DNA of 64,000 nucleotides from Leptolyngbyaceae cyanobacterium (GCA_050331235.1 JBHJHA010000060.1:10235-74234); one strand, 5' to 3'; counted from the stretch's first letter, positions 30,794 to 42,452 are shown. Made by a program: numbers and translations. The notes: a model not told the origin generated them from the letters alone.

Positions 30794-31960
30794 ATGGTTG
30801 ATTGGTATCAACAGGGGCTGAGACCACTGCTTTTTTACGGCGTGAGGGCAGATCCTGAGTGGCTCCATCGACAAACCTTAATCGCACTCAGAAATGTTGC
30901 GACTGCCGACCTGATTCCCGGAGAGATCCAGTCCCGTGCCTATCACGCTTTGCGAACTTGGCTAGGCGATCGCTATCAATATGCCAATCCGCGTTTGCAG
31001 CAATCCCTATGGCAGATTGACTTTCCCAATCCTTTGGGGCTGGCGGCCGGCTTTGACAAAGATGGCCTAGCAGCCCCCGCATGGTCACTGTTGGGATTTG
31101 GATATGCGGAGCTAGGCACAGTTACCTACCATGCCCAGCCAGGCAATCCCCGGCCTCGGTTATTTCGTTTGCCTAAGGACCAAGCGGCCATCAACCGCAT
31201 GGGCTTCAACAACCAGGGGGCGGCACAGTTAGCCGAGCGCCTGCGCTTTTACCAACAACATCGGGCTGCGGTCATTCCCCTTGGCATCAACCTGGGCAAA
31301 TCTAAAGTCACCCCTTTAGATCAAGCGGTAGAGGACTATCTCGGTAGCTTTCGACTGCTCAAGCAGTTGGGTGACTACTTTGTAGTCAATGTGTCATCGC
31401 CAAATACGCCGGGGTTGCGATCGCTCCAAGCGGCTGAAAATCTCAGCCCCATTTTGGCCGCTCTACAAGCTGAGAATAGCGATCGCAAACCGTTACTGGT
31501 GAAAATTGCGCCTGATCTCGATTGGGACAGCGTAGAAGTCGTCTTGGCCTTGGCACAGACCCATCAACTTGGGGGCATCATCGCCACCAATACCACTATT
31601 CAGCGTCAGGGCTTAAAGACTGATCGGATTTTGCAAACCGGCAATCGTGCGACTGAGGAACCCGGCGGATTGAGCGGCGCTCCCCTGCGACATCGAGCCA
31701 CCGCAGTAGTTCGGTTTTTAGCCACTAAGAGTGAAGGGAGCATGCCAATTATCGGTGTGGGTGGCATCTTTAGTGCTCAGGACGCATGGGAAAAGATCAG
31801 TGCTGGCGCTTCCCTCTTACAGGTATACACTGGTTGGATTTATCAAGGGCCCGGAATGTCTACACAGGTACTCAAAGGCCTGGTGCGGCAGCTAGATCAT
31901 CATCGGCTTGACAACATTGGTGATGCGGTAGGGCAAAATCTCCCCTATATCTCTGAGTAA
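30794..31960 (+). CDS. pyrD: Quinone-dependent dihydroorotate dehydrogenase
   Basis: NPLGLAAGFDK, NRMGFNN, VNVSSPNTPGLR, VKIAPDL, GGLSG. Confidence 0.96.
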   Translation: MVDWYQQGLRPLLFYGVRADPEWLHRQTLIALRNVATADLIPGEIQSRAYHALRTWLGDRYQYANPRLQQSLWQIDFPNPLGLAAGFDKDGLAAPAWSLLGFGYAELGTVTYHAQPGNPRPRLFRLPKDQAAINRMGFNNQGAAQLAERLRFYQQHRAAVIPLGINLGKSKVTPLDQAVEDYLGSFRLLKQLGDYFVVNVSSPNTPGLRSLQAAENLSPILAALQAENSDRKPLLVKIAPDLDWDSVEVVLALAQTHQLGGIIATNTTIQRQGLKTDRILQTGNRATEEPGGLSGAPLRHRATAVVRFLATKSEGSMPIIGVGGIFSAQDAWEKISAGASLLQVYTGWIYQGPGMSTQVLKGLVRQLDHHRLDNIGDAVGQNLPYISE

Positions 31961-31961
31961 G

Positions 31962-32330
31962 CTATTCGTCACCGTAGACGGTTTCATCTTCAGCTTGCCA
32001 GGCGGGGTCAACGATACAGATAAACACTAGCGGCTCAGAACCGGTGTTATGGATATGCTGGCGAGCTTTGGGGGGAATGTAAATTGCATCGCCAGCGCTC
32101 ACCGTTTGGGTCTCTTCGTTGATATACATGTCTCCTTGCCCGCTGATGATGTAGTACACCTCTGAGGTTTTGAGGGCATGATCAACGGATGTCTGGCCTA
32201 CCGGCACGACTGCATGGGCCAAACTATATCGCAGGGCAAGCGGCTGTTTATCCGGATGGAGCAGTTCTCTCAGCTGGGTATGATCGCCAGCAATAAACAT
32301 GTCGCAGTCTTGCAGATTTCTCACTAGCAT
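31962..32330 (-). CDS. Cupin domain protein
   Basis: H..SEVYYIISGQG..GDAIYIPP..HIHNTG. Confidence 0.85.
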   Translation of the reverse strand: MLVRNLQDCDMFIAGDHTQLRELLHPDKQPLALRYSLAHAVVPVGQTSVDHALKTSEVYYIISGQGDMYINEETQTVSAGDAIYIPPKARQHIHNTGSEPLVFICIVDPAWQAEDETVYGDE

Positions 32331-32384
32331 GGGCGATCGCACTCCTCGATAGTTCCGACCCCGGTTTCTGGGCAAGCGGTTCAG

Positions 32385-32723
32385 TTACCTGATTAGGTTC
32401 GCGTCTGATGATGGCACATCTAAGCGATTGGCCTCAAAGTCTCCACAGTGAATGGCGGCTTCGGATAAAGCTTCTTTAGGATGCAGCGGACATTTCAGAA
32501 AATAATTACCGGAGAAGTATTGGCAGTCAGCACAAGGAATTTGGTGCATCTTTTGGGCCCGGCGCACACCATTGCGCAGGGTCGACCACAAACTCCAAAC
32601 TCCAAATAAAACGGTTGCCCAAGCCACCACAAAACAAATCGGCACCAATATCGGCTGAATGAGTTGGACTAACCGATAGACAAGTAAAAATAAAAAATCG
32701 AAAATTTGAATCATTTCTGACAT
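32385..32723 (-). CDS. Small membrane protein with Cys-rich tail
   Basis: TM segment followed by IPCADC..LKCPLHP..HCGDF. Confidence 0.7.
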   Translation of the reverse strand: MSEMIQIFDFLFLLVYRLVQLIQPILVPICFVVAWATVLFGVWSLWSTLRNGVRRAQKMHQIPCADCQYFSGNYFLKCPLHPKEALSEAAIHCGDFEANRLDVPSSDANLIR

Positions 32724-32804
32724 TAATCAGGCTGCATCGCCTCCAATCTAACGTGTTCCTATCTACCTGATAGATTAATATCTATAACGAAAGATAAATC
32801 GCAT

Positions 32805-32842
32805 AAAACAACGGGTCATCACGATATCGCGATGACCCGTTG
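32805..32842 (-). terminator. Intrinsic terminator of psaC
   Basis: 12-bp perfect stem CAACGGGTCATC/GATGACCCGTTG followed by TTTT on the minus strand. Confidence 0.8.
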
Positions 32843-32867
32843 CTAAAACCGATAAGAACGAACTGGC

Positions 32868-33131
<264 letters not shown>

Positions 33132-33887
33132 TTAACGGGACATTTATACACGCCATAGAAACTTCGCAATTCAAGAAATCTCTATAACGAACAGACAGCA
33201 AGGGTTCTCCAATCTTTGTAGATAGTCTACGGCGTCTCTTTTCGCGGACTCGGGTCAAGCCCATAAAAGTTTATGGAACGTAATATAGCGGCGCGATCGC
33301 TCACAACCGCTGGATCCCAGAAATTTCCAGCGCTGAACTGCGGGGCAAACCGTCACTGGTTCAAATATTCTGTACCGAGGCTAAGCATTTTCTCCGGTGC
33401 TCAACACATCGGTCGACAACAGCTGCGCTGATAGAGAATATTGTGGCCAGGAATGTGGCGGCGCCATCAGCGGAAATTAGCAGACCGAATCTGAATCGCT
33501 GGAAGAAAGCCGCCGCTCAACCCGGGATTGAAACATTTCAGCAGCGATGAGCATCGATGTGTTAAAACCGTCCACGAGTTAGCTAAATCGGTCTTCAAAG
33601 GCTTTCATCAGCCATCCTTGGGAAGCTTTGACGTCTGATGGACAGGTTTCTGAGAAGGCTCCCGGTCGATCAACGGTTGCTGCTGGGTCGTTCCTTTAGC
33701 TGCTGTCTGAAGATGAGAGTCCGAACAGCCAGACCCGCAAGATTCTCAAATCCACCCCGAGACGAGGCACGCATTCCGAAACTATTTAGGGATGCCTGAA
33801 GCCAAAACACTTTGCTTGATTTTATGTCGCACTCGTGGTTTAGGTTTTAGAGGTGTTTAATTGTGGTTTCCGAGAAGGATTTGAATT

Positions 33888-34133
33888 ATGAGTCAGGAAG
33901 CGGTTTTCGAGAAGGTTCAAAAGATTGTCGCTGAGCAGCTGGGCGTTGATGAGGCTGAAGTTAAGCCCGAAGCGAGCTTTGCGAATGATTTAGGCGCAGA
34001 CTCCTTGGATACCGTCGAGCTAGTGATGGCTCTCGAAGAAGAATTTGACATTGAAATTCCCGATGAAGCAGCTGAAGGCATCGGCACCGTACAGGCGGCT
34101 GTTGATTTCATCAAAGAAAAGAAAGCGGCTTAG
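33888..34133 (+). CDS. acpP: Acyl carrier protein
   Basis: [20 protein letters not shown]. Confidence 0.98.
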   Translation: MSQEAVFEKVQKIVAEQLGVDEAEVKPEASFANDLGADSLDTVELVMALEEEFDIEIPDEAAEGIGTVQAAVDFIKEKKAA

Positions 34134-34214
34134 CGATCGAGAGCGTTGAGCATCATGTTGTAATGCGGATGCAGCCCCTTATCTGGGGAAGTGTATCTGT
34201 TTAGTAGGTGAGCT

Positions 34215-35468
34215 ATGGCAGAGTTGGAAAAAAAGCGCGTTGTCATTACCGGGCTCGGAGCCATCACGCCCATTGGCAACAATTTGGAAGATTACTGGCA
34301 AGGATTGTTAGCCGGTAAGTCAGGGGTTGGGCCGATTACGCTCTTTGATGCCTCCCAACACACGACCCAAATTGCCGCCGAGGTCAAGGGGTTTGACCCC
34401 CATCAGTTTATGGATCGTAAAGATGCCAAGCGGATGGATCGCTTTTCCCAATTTGCTGTCGCTATGAGTCAGCAAGCGCTGGCTGATGCTCAACTTGAAA
34501 TTACCGATTTAAATGCCGAGCAGGTCGGTGTCATGATCGGAACTGGAGTCGGCGGTCTCAAGATTATGGAAGAGCAGCAAGCGGTCTACCTCAATCGTGG
34601 CCCTAGTCGCTGCAGCCCCTTTATGGTGCCAATGATGATTGCCAATATGGCTGCTGGTCTAACGGCGATTCAAACCGGTGCTAAAGGCCCTAATTCTTGT
34701 CCGGTGACAGCCTGTGCAGCAGGCTCCAATGCCATTGGCGATGCCTTTCGGATGGTGCAGCAAGGCTATGCCCAAGCGATGATCTGTGGTGGCACAGAAG
34801 CGGCAGTCACGCCGTTGTCAGTAGCAGGCTTTGGTTCGGCGCGGGCTTTGTCTACACGCAATGATGCCCCCCACTTGGCAAGCCGCCCCTTTGATCGCGA
34901 TCGCGATGGCTTTGTCATTGGCGAGGGTTGCGGCATTTTAATTTTGGAAGCCCTTGATCACGCATTGAGTCGCGGTGCCCGCATTTACGCCGAAATCACA
35001 GGCTATGGTATGACCTGTGATGCTTACCACATGACGGCTCCGGTGCCGGGAGGGGCAGGTGCCGCAAGGTGTATCCAGCTCGCCCTCAAAGATGCTGGAA
35101 TCACACCAGAGCAGGTGAGCTATATCAATGCCCACGGTACGAGCACCCCTGCCAACGATCCCACGGAAACTCAAGCCATCAAAACCGCGTTAGGTGCGAG
35201 GGCTCATCAAATTGCCGTCAGCTCAACCAAGTCGATGACAGGTCATTTGTTAGGGGGCTCTGGCGGCATTGAGGGGGTGGCTGCAGCGATGACAGTACAT
35301 CATAATCAAGTACCGCCGACGATTAATTTAGAGAATCCAGACGAAGGCTGCGATCTGGATTACGTACCTAACCAAGCTCGTCAAATGTCAGTTGACGTTA
35401 CCCTGTCCAATTCTTTTGGCTTTGGTGGTCACAATGTGACCTTAGTTTTTCAGAAATATCGTGACTGA
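34215..35468 (+). CDS. fabF: 3-oxoacyl-ACP synthase II
   Basis: TACAAG, INAHGTST, KSMTGHLLG, SNSFGFGGHN. Confidence 0.97.
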   Translation: MAELEKKRVVITGLGAITPIGNNLEDYWQGLLAGKSGVGPITLFDASQHTTQIAAEVKGFDPHQFMDRKDAKRMDRFSQFAVAMSQQALADAQLEITDLNAEQVGVMIGTGVGGLKIMEEQQAVYLNRGPSRCSPFMVPMMIANMAAGLTAIQTGAKGPNSCPVTACAAGSNAIGDAFRMVQQGYAQAMICGGTEAAVTPLSVAGFGSARALSTRNDAPHLASRPFDRDRDGFVIGEGCGILILEALDHALSRGARIYAEITGYGMTCDAYHMTAPVPGGAGAARCIQLALKDAGITPEQVSYINAHGTSTPANDPTETQAIKTALGARAHQIAVSSTKSMTGHLLGGSGGIEGVAAAMTVHHNQVPPTINLENPDEGCDLDYVPNQARQMSVDVTLSNSFGFGGHNVTLVFQKYRD

Positions 35469-35745
35469 CGCTACAATTGGCCCAATAAGTACAATGACTT
35501 AGTGGGTTTTGGGCGTTTGCTCAAAGCTTTACTGGTCCTTATATTCAATATCTCTAACACTCATTTCAGGATTTTCTCTATCCCTCATTAAGAGGGCTCA
35601 ACTTGTGAGACAGCAAGGGGAGTGAGATGATGAAACTTGCTGGTGTGAGTTTAGAGGCTGTCAGACTAATTTGCCTTTGAAGCGCCTAGTTGTTTCAGGG
35701 CATGAGTCCCAGGTTATTGCTGTCCCGTCTTTGAGTTGTAGGTTT

Positions 35746-37746
35746 ATGGTTGTCGCATCCCAATCTTTAGACGCAATATGCGTTAATTCGATTCGATTTT
35801 TGGCGATTGATGCTGTCCAAAAGGCTAATTCTGGTCATCCTGGTTTACCGATGGGAGCCGCTCCGATGGCTTATGTCCTGTGGGATAAGTTGATGCGGTT
35901 TAATCCCAAAAATCCTCAATGGTTTAACCGCGATCGCTTTGTATTGTCAGCTGGTCATGGCTGCATGTTGCAGTATGCACTACTGTACTTGACCGGCTAC
36001 GATAGCGTTTCTCTTGATGACATTAAACAGTTTCGTCAGTGGGAGTCAACCACACCCGGACACCCTGAAAACTTTGAAACGCCTGGGGTTGAAGTGACAA
36101 CCGGTCCTTTAGGGCAGGGCATTTGTAATGCAGTAGGTTTGGCCATGGCCGAAGCGCATCTGGCGAGCCGGTTTAACAAACCCGATGCCGAGATTGTCGA
36201 TCACTACACCTACGCCATCTTAGGCGATGGCTGCAACATGGAAGGGGTTTCTGGTGAAGCTTGTTCCCTCGCTGGTCACCTAGGGCTCGGAAAGCTCATT
36301 GCGCTATACGACGACAACCATATTTCCATTGATGGCTCCACGGATATCGCCTTTACCGAAGATGTCTCAAAGCGCTTTGAGGCTTACGGCTGGCACGTAT
36401 TGCACGTAGAAGACGGCAACTCTGATCTGGCAGCAATTCAAAAGGCGATTGAGGAAGCTAAGGCGGTCACTGACAAGCCCACCATGATCAAGGTGACGAC
36501 CACCATTGGTTACGGCTCACCCAATATGGCCAACACTGCGGGCGTGCATGGATCACCCTTAGGTAGCGACGAAATCAAGCTAACTCGCGAAGCTTTGGGT
36601 TGGAGTGTCGGCGACTTTGATGTCCCCGAAGATGCCTTAAACCACATGCGCAAGGCGATCGATCGCGGTGCCAGCTATCAGGCTGAGTGGGAAGAATTGC
36701 TTGCTACCTATCGGACTCAATATCCGGAGGATGCAGCGCTCTTTGAACGGATCCTGTCGGGCAAGCTGCCGGAAAACTGGGCTGATGCGCTCCCAACATA
36801 CACCCCCGATGACAAGGCGATCGCCACTCGCAAAACTTCCGAAGCGACCTTAAATGCCTTAGCACCGGTAATTCCTGAAATGATTGGGGGCTCGGCTGAC
36901 TTGGCTAAGTCCAACAACACGCTCATGAAAATCTCCGGTGATTTTCAAAAGGACGCCTACGAAAACCGCAACATTCGCTTTGGTGTGCGGGAGCACGGCA
37001 TGGCGGCAATCTGCAATGGGATTGCCCTGCACAACTCTGGTTTGGTGACCTATTGCGCCACTTTCCTCGTCTTTGCTGATTACATGCGAGCGGCCATTCG
37101 CTTGTCTGCCTTGTCCAAGGCCGGTGTCATTTACGTCTTGACCCATGATTCCATTGGTCTGGGTGAAGATGGCCCCACTCACCAACCGGTTGAAACGATC
37201 GCTTCTTTACGCGCAATTCCAAACCTGACGGTCATTCGTCCCGCTGATGGTAATGAAACCTCTGGAGCTTACAAGGTCGCCATCACCAATCGGGAAACCC
37301 CAACCATTTTGGCGCTTTCTCGTCAGGCCCTACCGCAAATTACCGGCTCCTCAATTGACGGAGTCGCAAAAGGAGCCTATGTCATCTCAGATAGTGACGG
37401 TACCCCTGACCTCATCTTGATCGGGACGGGTAGTGAACTGCAGCTTTGTGTTGCCGCTGCTGAACAGCTAACGGCTGCTGGCAAAAAGGTTCGCGTAGTT
37501 TCCATGCCGACTTGGGAACTATTTGACGCCCAAGATGACACCTACCAAGAGTCCGTTTTGCCCAAGGCTGTCACCAAGCGCCTCGCCGTTGAAGCGGGAA
37601 TTTCGATGGGCTGGTGCCGCTATGTTGGTGCTGAAGGCGATGTGCTCAGCGTTGAGCGGTTTGGCGCTTCGGCACCGGGTAAGACAGTGTTAGAAAAGTT
37701 TGGCTTTACCGTCGATAACGTTGTTGCCAAAGCGAACGCTTTGTAA
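35746..37746 (+). CDS. tkt: Transketolase
   Basis: [48 protein letters not shown]. Confidence 0.98.
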   Translation: MVVASQSLDAICVNSIRFLAIDAVQKANSGHPGLPMGAAPMAYVLWDKLMRFNPKNPQWFNRDRFVLSAGHGCMLQYALLYLTGYDSVSLDDIKQFRQWESTTPGHPENFETPGVEVTTGPLGQGICNAVGLAMAEAHLASRFNKPDAEIVDHYTYAILGDGCNMEGVSGEACSLAGHLGLGKLIALYDDNHISIDGSTDIAFTEDVSKRFEAYGWHVLHVEDGNSDLAAIQKAIEEAKAVTDKPTMIKVTTTIGYGSPNMANTAGVHGSPLGSDEIKLTREALGWSVGDFDVPEDALNHMRKAIDRGASYQAEWEELLATYRTQYPEDAALFERILSGKLPENWADALPTYTPDDKAIATRKTSEATLNALAPVIPEMIGGSADLAKSNNTLMKISGDFQKDAYENRNIRFGVREHGMAAICNGIALHNSGLVTYCATFLVFADYMRAAIRLSALSKAGVIYVLTHDSIGLGEDGPTHQPVETIASLRAIPNLTVIRPADGNETSGAYKVAITNRETPTILALSRQALPQITGSSIDGVAKGAYVISDSDGTPDLILIGTGSELQLCVAAAEQLTAAGKKVRVVSMPTWELFDAQDDTYQESVLPKAVTKRLAVEAGISMGWCRYVGAEGDVLSVERFGASAPGKTVLEKFGFTVDNVVAKANAL

Positions 37747-37801
37747 CTACTGACAATATAAACGTGCTTGGCCCAATGGTCGGTAGCTGATGCCAACAGG
37801 C

Positions 37802-38623
37802 TCAAGAGAGTTGCTCTTGGGCCTGTTTTGTGGTGTGTAGGATATGTTCAGGCGTAAGGCGATCGCCCTCAACCGTCTCGGGAGCAGCACTCAGCCATAA
37901 TAGAAACTCAAGATTGCCAGCCGGGCCAGCAATGGGCGAAAAGGTGAGACCGCGATCGTGCCAGCCCAGCGAATGTGCTGTCTGCAAAACGTGATTAATC
38001 GCCCAGGCTTGATCCTGAGGCAAACGGACAACTCCTTTTTTGCCAATTTTTTCCCGTCCTACTTCAAACTGAGGTTTAACCAACAACACCGCTTCACGGG
38101 GCGCTTGTAACAACTGCCAAAAAGCCGGTAAAACCTTAGTCAGCGAAATAAACGAAACATCCATCACGCCCAAATCGGGCCACGCAGCAGTTGGGGGATA
38201 TAGATCTTGGGGGCTCAAGTGTCGGAGGTTAGTCCGTTCCCTGAGGACGACTCTGGGGTCTTGGCGGAGTTTCCAGGCGACTTGACCATAACCGACGTCA
38301 ACCCCATAAACCTGCCTAGCACCGGCTTGCAGCAAACAGTCGGTAAATCCGCCGGTGGAGATACCGCCGTCCAAGCAGATGCGATCGCCCACCGTAATGT
38401 CAATTCTTTTCAAGGCTTTGTCGAGCTTTTCGCCCCCCCGGGAGACAAACGGGGCTCGCTGCTTGACAAGCAGCTCCGCATCGAGGGGCACCAGCGTTCC
38501 GGGTTTGTCAATGACTTGATGATTGACCTGCACTTCCCCAGCTCGAATGATCCGCTGTGCCCACTGCCGCGTTTCACAGAGCCCCCGATCTACCAAAAGC
38601 ACGTCCAGTCGTTGTTTTGCCAA
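37802..38623 (-). CDS. tlyA: TlyA family rRNA methyltransferase
   Basis: KQRLDVLL, FVSRGGEKL, STGGFTDCLLQ, DVSFISL, LVKPQFE. Confidence 0.94.
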   Translation of the reverse strand: MAKQRLDVLLVDRGLCETRQWAQRIIRAGEVQVNHQVIDKPGTLVPLDAELLVKQRAPFVSRGGEKLDKALKRIDITVGDRICLDGGISTGGFTDCLLQAGARQVYGVDVGYGQVAWKLRQDPRVVLRERTNLRHLSPQDLYPPTAAWPDLGVMDVSFISLTKVLPAFWQLLQAPREAVLLVKPQFEVGREKIGKKGVVRLPQDQAWAINHVLQTAHSLGWHDRGLTFSPIAGPAGNLEFLLWLSAAPETVEGDRLTPEHILHTTKQAQEQLS

Positions 38624-38724
38624 GCAAGCCTCCAGCTCTGGGGCAAGAAATCAATGGGGCCATTATGCGGCAGGACCGCAATCCCATGACCGTCAATCAC
38701 GGATGATGATGATTCTGCCGGACG

Positions 38725-39318
38725 TTAGTTCAGCGTCACTTCGTCTTGGAAGCTGGTACGTCGGGTAAACGAGAAAGGACCTGCCAAAGCTCCCCAGACG
38801 TGCTCATCGGTGGCCGGATCGCGGCCGCGATCCCAACTCTGAAACTTTTCGCCATCGATTTCAAACACGCTGTCGAGATAGGTGGTCTTGCCGTTGCGCT
38901 CAACCATGCATCCCTTGCCGGGTTCAACCATGCCCTTAAAGCTATGGCCTGTCCAGTCGACTTGCATATTGCACCGGGACATCAGTTCTAGCCGATCGCC
39001 CGTGAGGCCACTCAACCGACTTCTGTCCCGAGCAGCCCCGTAGAGACTTTCAGCGTCTTTGATGGTGTAGTTCTCAATCTCGATGCGGTCATTAGCAGTC
39101 AAAAGCTTGAGGACGCGCGCGCGGTAGGGCTGCTGGAGCGAAAAGTCATAGGCTTGTTCGAGATAGAGCGCCACCCCATCGAGCAGGCCGTAGGGTAGGG
39201 GCCGCATACACACCCGAATGTGAGCATACAGTGGGGGATTATCAAATGCCTGTTGCTGATTGCTAAAATCGGCTGCCATCCAGCGGGCGAGGGTCGCAAT
39301 ATCAGTCGGATGTGTCAT
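38725..39318 (-). CDS. cpcT: T-type phycobiliprotein lyase CpcT/CpeT
   Basis: MAADFSNQQQAFDNPP, EQAY..PYR, VEPGKGC, WDRGRD..VWG. Confidence 0.9.
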   Translation of the reverse strand: MTHPTDIATLARWMAADFSNQQQAFDNPPLYAHIRVCMRPLPYGLLDGVALYLEQAYDFSLQQPYRARVLKLLTANDRIEIENYTIKDAESLYGAARDRSRLSGLTGDRLELMSRCNMQVDWTGHSFKGMVEPGKGCMVERNGKTTYLDSVFEIDGEKFQSWDRGRDPATDEHVWGALAGPFSFTRRTSFQDEVTLN

Positions 39319-39495
39319 GGTCGAAAGGCTAAACAAAGAGATAGATATCGGTGCAATGTTGAACTCTGGACGGCTAACCTGACGACTGATGAGACGGGCA
39401 TTTTTTGACCCCTGGGAGCCGTCAGCAGCACTTTACCTGCACCGCTTTGACCATATCGCCTGCATAGGATCAGGTGCACTCTACCCTTACAACTT

Positions 39496-40278
39496 TTAAC
39501 TAGAGGCACTGGTGTAAAAGCGCAAAGCAAACTGCCAAAACCACCGCGAAACTTGTAGTAAAGCGATCGCCAAGGCGACCGATCCTATCACCCACAACCC
39601 ACTGACCTTACCCAGCAACGTTTCCGCCGGCACGGTGGTTAAAAATGCTACGGGAATGACAAATGTAAGAAGGATCCGGTAGGCCATAGGATAAGCGGCA
39701 ATGGGAAAACGGCCCGCTTCCAACAGCCCCCGTAGGACTTCAGTCACGTTGTAGATTTTGACGAACCAGATGCTGGTGGCGCCTAGCATAAACCAGAGAC
39801 TGTACAGACTCAAAAAGCCAAACGCCAGCGGCGCGATCGCCAAACCATAAGCAGCGGTGGAAATGCCTAACCGTTGACCGGCATACACGATGACGATCAG
39901 GCCGAAGAGTAAATCGGGTAACCCCCACGGAGATAGCGTGCGAGTAGATAGCCAAAACTGTGAACTGATGGGCTTAAGCAAGACAAAATCAAGGGTTCCT
40001 TCCTGTACTTCACGCACAATCTTGTTGAGATTGGGCGATAAGAACGTAGCGGAAAACCCCTGGAGCAATGTGAAAATACCCAACACAACCAGCGCTTCTT
40101 CCCAGCTCCAGTCTTGAAACTGATACCCCGTACGGTAAAAGAGAAACAGGCCAAACAGGCTGCCGGCTAGCCCCCCGAGGCTGCTTAGCGCGGCCACCCA
40201 AAAATTCAGTCGGTACTCTAGCTCAGCGGCGATCGCCGTTCCCCAAAACAGCTGCAACACCTGCCAGTAGCGCTGCAT
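39496..40278 (-). CDS. ABC-2 family (DUF990-type) permease
   Basis: ELEYRLNF, GTLDFVLLKPI, FVIPVAF..PA, RFYTSASS; ATG overlaps the upstream TGA. Confidence 0.85.
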   Translation of the reverse strand: MQRYWQVLQLFWGTAIAAELEYRLNFWVAALSSLGGLAGSLFGLFLFYRTGYQFQDWSWEEALVVLGIFTLLQGFSATFLSPNLNKIVREVQEGTLDFVLLKPISSQFWLSTRTLSPWGLPDLLFGLIVIVYAGQRLGISTAAYGLAIAPLAFGFLSLYSLWFMLGATSIWFVKIYNVTEVLRGLLEAGRFPIAAYPMAYRILLTFVIPVAFLTTVPAETLLGKVSGLWVIGSVALAIALLQVSRWFWQFALRFYTSASS

Positions 40279-41093
40279 CAGGCCCCCATCCCAGAATATT
40301 GCCGCAGTCCTCGTCGCCAGAGCCAGCGGTTGATCACGAGAAAGATGAGACTCCACAGCGCGATCGCCAGGAAACCCTGACCAATATCCGTCGGGCGACC
40401 CACCAGCAGATTCGCTGGAAAGTAGATCAAATATGGAAACGGCGTCCACAAAATCACGGCCCTCACGGCCTCCGGAAACACATCTAATGGTGCAATCATG
40501 CCAGATAGGAAGGTATAAATCAGGTACCAAAACTGCTCAATTGCATTAGCCCGTTCCGTCCAAAAGGAAAAGAGCGCAAATGTATATTGAATGATAAACC
40601 GCAGACAAAAAGCCAAGCCGGTCGCGATCGTGCTCCACAACACCGCCCTTGGAGAGGGTATCCAAAGCGCCTGGGGATACAGCAAAAAACAAAGCAGCAG
40701 CAATCCGACGATGAAGGGCAACCGAGCCAACCGCTCTGACACATGACTAAAAAAGTGCCGCCAGACCGGATCAATGGGCTGTAGGAGGAAAGGCGATAGC
40801 TTCCCCTCAACCACTTCCCGCTCAAACTCCCAAATCACCCAAACCACCGTGAGCTGCCTAACCAAAAACACAGCCAGAAAGTAACGGACAAACACCGTAG
40901 CATCTAAGGCAAACTGCTCAGTTTGAGCCGCCTTGGCCCAAATGCCCATAAAAATCAACGGAAAGGTGCCAGAAAGCACCCAAAACATGAGCTCTGCGCG
41001 ATACTCCACCATGTAGGCGTAATACACCGACAGCAAGACTCGAGAAATGGGCAGAAATTGCCGAAGAATTTTCACCGGTTTCTGGGCGGGCAC
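40278..41093 (-). CDS. ABC-2 family (DUF990-type) permease
   Basis: MVEYRAE, GKLSPFLLQP, LSGMIAPLD.FP, YSGMGA. Confidence 0.85.
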   Translation of the reverse strand: MPAQKPVKILRQFLPISRVLLSVYYAYMVEYRAELMFWVLSGTFPLIFMGIWAKAAQTEQFALDATVFVRYFLAVFLVRQLTVVWVIWEFEREVVEGKLSPFLLQPIDPVWRHFFSHVSERLARLPFIVGLLLLCFLLYPQALWIPSPRAVLWSTIATGLAFCLRFIIQYTFALFSFWTERANAIEQFWYLIYTFLSGMIAPLDVFPEAVRAVILWTPFPYLIYFPANLLVGRPTDIGQGFLAIALWSLIFLVINRWLWRRGLRQYSGMGA

Positions 41094-41289
41094 GGCTACC
41101 TTGAAGGATGTTGCACTGCTATCAGAGCCACTCTATCGCTTTCTCAGGCAAAAAGTGGCTGCGCTTTCGAGCTGAGCTGGGGCTGGACTCTGCCCAACTC
41201 CTCAAATCCAGTCCCGCTTGCAAGAGAGATATTTTCCATTGCCCCACCCACCGACGATCTTTTAGCCGCACAAGGTCAAAGTTTTCGGG

Positions 41290-41295
41290 TATAAT
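41290..41295 (+). promoter_or_regulatory. Putative -10 element of rpsA
   Basis: TATAAT about 145 nt upstream of the rpsA ATG, followed by two hairpins. Confidence 0.5.
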
Positions 41296-41439
41296 CGAAA
41301 CTCTTGCGAGAGCTCGAGCTCTTGCCATTCCCGTCTGCTTAAGCAGCGGGACTTTGAAATTGACTGCCCGGTTTAGCTCGGTCCCTTGCGAACTGAGGAG
41401 TACACCCCATCACGGAGAAAACGGTAGGTAAACATTAGC

Positions 41440-42423
41440 ATGGTCAATCAGGTAGAGCAGGAAAAGGATACAGATATTGGGTTTACCCATGACGATTTTG
41501 CAGCACTGTTAGATAAGTACGATTATCACTTCAGCCCGGGTGATACCGTTGCTGGCACAGTTTTCAGCTTGGAGCCCCGAGGCGCACTCATCGATATCGG
41601 TGCTAAAACTGCCGCCTACATCCCTATCCAGGAGATGTCGATTAACCGTGTGGAAGATCCTGACGAAGTTTTGCAATCCGACGAAACTCGGGAATTCTTC
41701 ATTCTCACTGACGAAAACGAAGATGGACAGTTAACTCTCTCCATTCGTCGCATTGAATATATGCGGGCTTGGGAACGCGTGCGTCAGCTGCAGGCCGAAG
41801 ATGCCACCGTCCGTTCTGAGGTGTTTGCCACTAACCGAGGCGGCGCACTGGTTCGCATCGAAGGGTTGCGGGGCTTTATTCCAGGCTCTCACATCAGCAC
41901 TCGCAAACCGAAGGAAGACTTGGTCGCTGAAGAGCTGCCCCTCAAGTTCTTGGAAGTGGACGAGGAGCGTAATCGGCTTGTCCTCAGCCATCGCCGAGCG
42001 CTTGTGGAGCGTAAGATGAATGGCTTGGAAGTTGGCGAGGTTGTGTTGGGTACTGTTCGTGGCTTGAAGCCCTACGGTGCTTTTATCGACATCGGCGGTG
42101 TCAGCGGTTTGCTGCACATCTCGGAAATTTCTCATGATCACATCGACACGCCCCACAGCGTCTTCAACGTGAATGACGAAATCAAAGTCATGATCATTGA
42201 TCTCGATGCTGAGCGGGGACGGATTTCGCTGTCGACCAAACAGCTGGAGCCTGAGCCTGGCGATATGGTGAAGAACCCCGACTTGGTATTTGACAAGGCG
42301 GAGGAAATGGCTGAGAAGTATCGCGAAGCGATGGCTAAGAAAGCTGAGGAAGAAGCTGCCCAAGCTGCAGGTGAAGAGACCAGCGAATACACTGATGATG
42401 AGTATTCCGCAGTCGAAGAATAA
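41440..42423 (+). CDS. rpsA: 30S ribosomal protein S1 (three S1 domains)
   Basis: GALIDIGAK, GLRGFIPGSH, YGAFIDIGGVSGLLHISEIS. Confidence 0.97.
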   Translation: MVNQVEQEKDTDIGFTHDDFAALLDKYDYHFSPGDTVAGTVFSLEPRGALIDIGAKTAAYIPIQEMSINRVEDPDEVLQSDETREFFILTDENEDGQLTLSIRRIEYMRAWERVRQLQAEDATVRSEVFATNRGGALVRIEGLRGFIPGSHISTRKPKEDLVAEELPLKFLEVDEERNRLVLSHRRALVERKMNGLEVGEVVLGTVRGLKPYGAFIDIGGVSGLLHISEISHDHIDTPHSVFNVNDEIKVMIIDLDAERGRISLSTKQLEPEPGDMVKNPDLVFDKAEEMAEKYREAMAKKAEEEAAQAAGEETSEYTDDEYSAVEE

Positions 42424-42452
42424 GGCCGCAACATTCTGCTTCTAATTACTCT

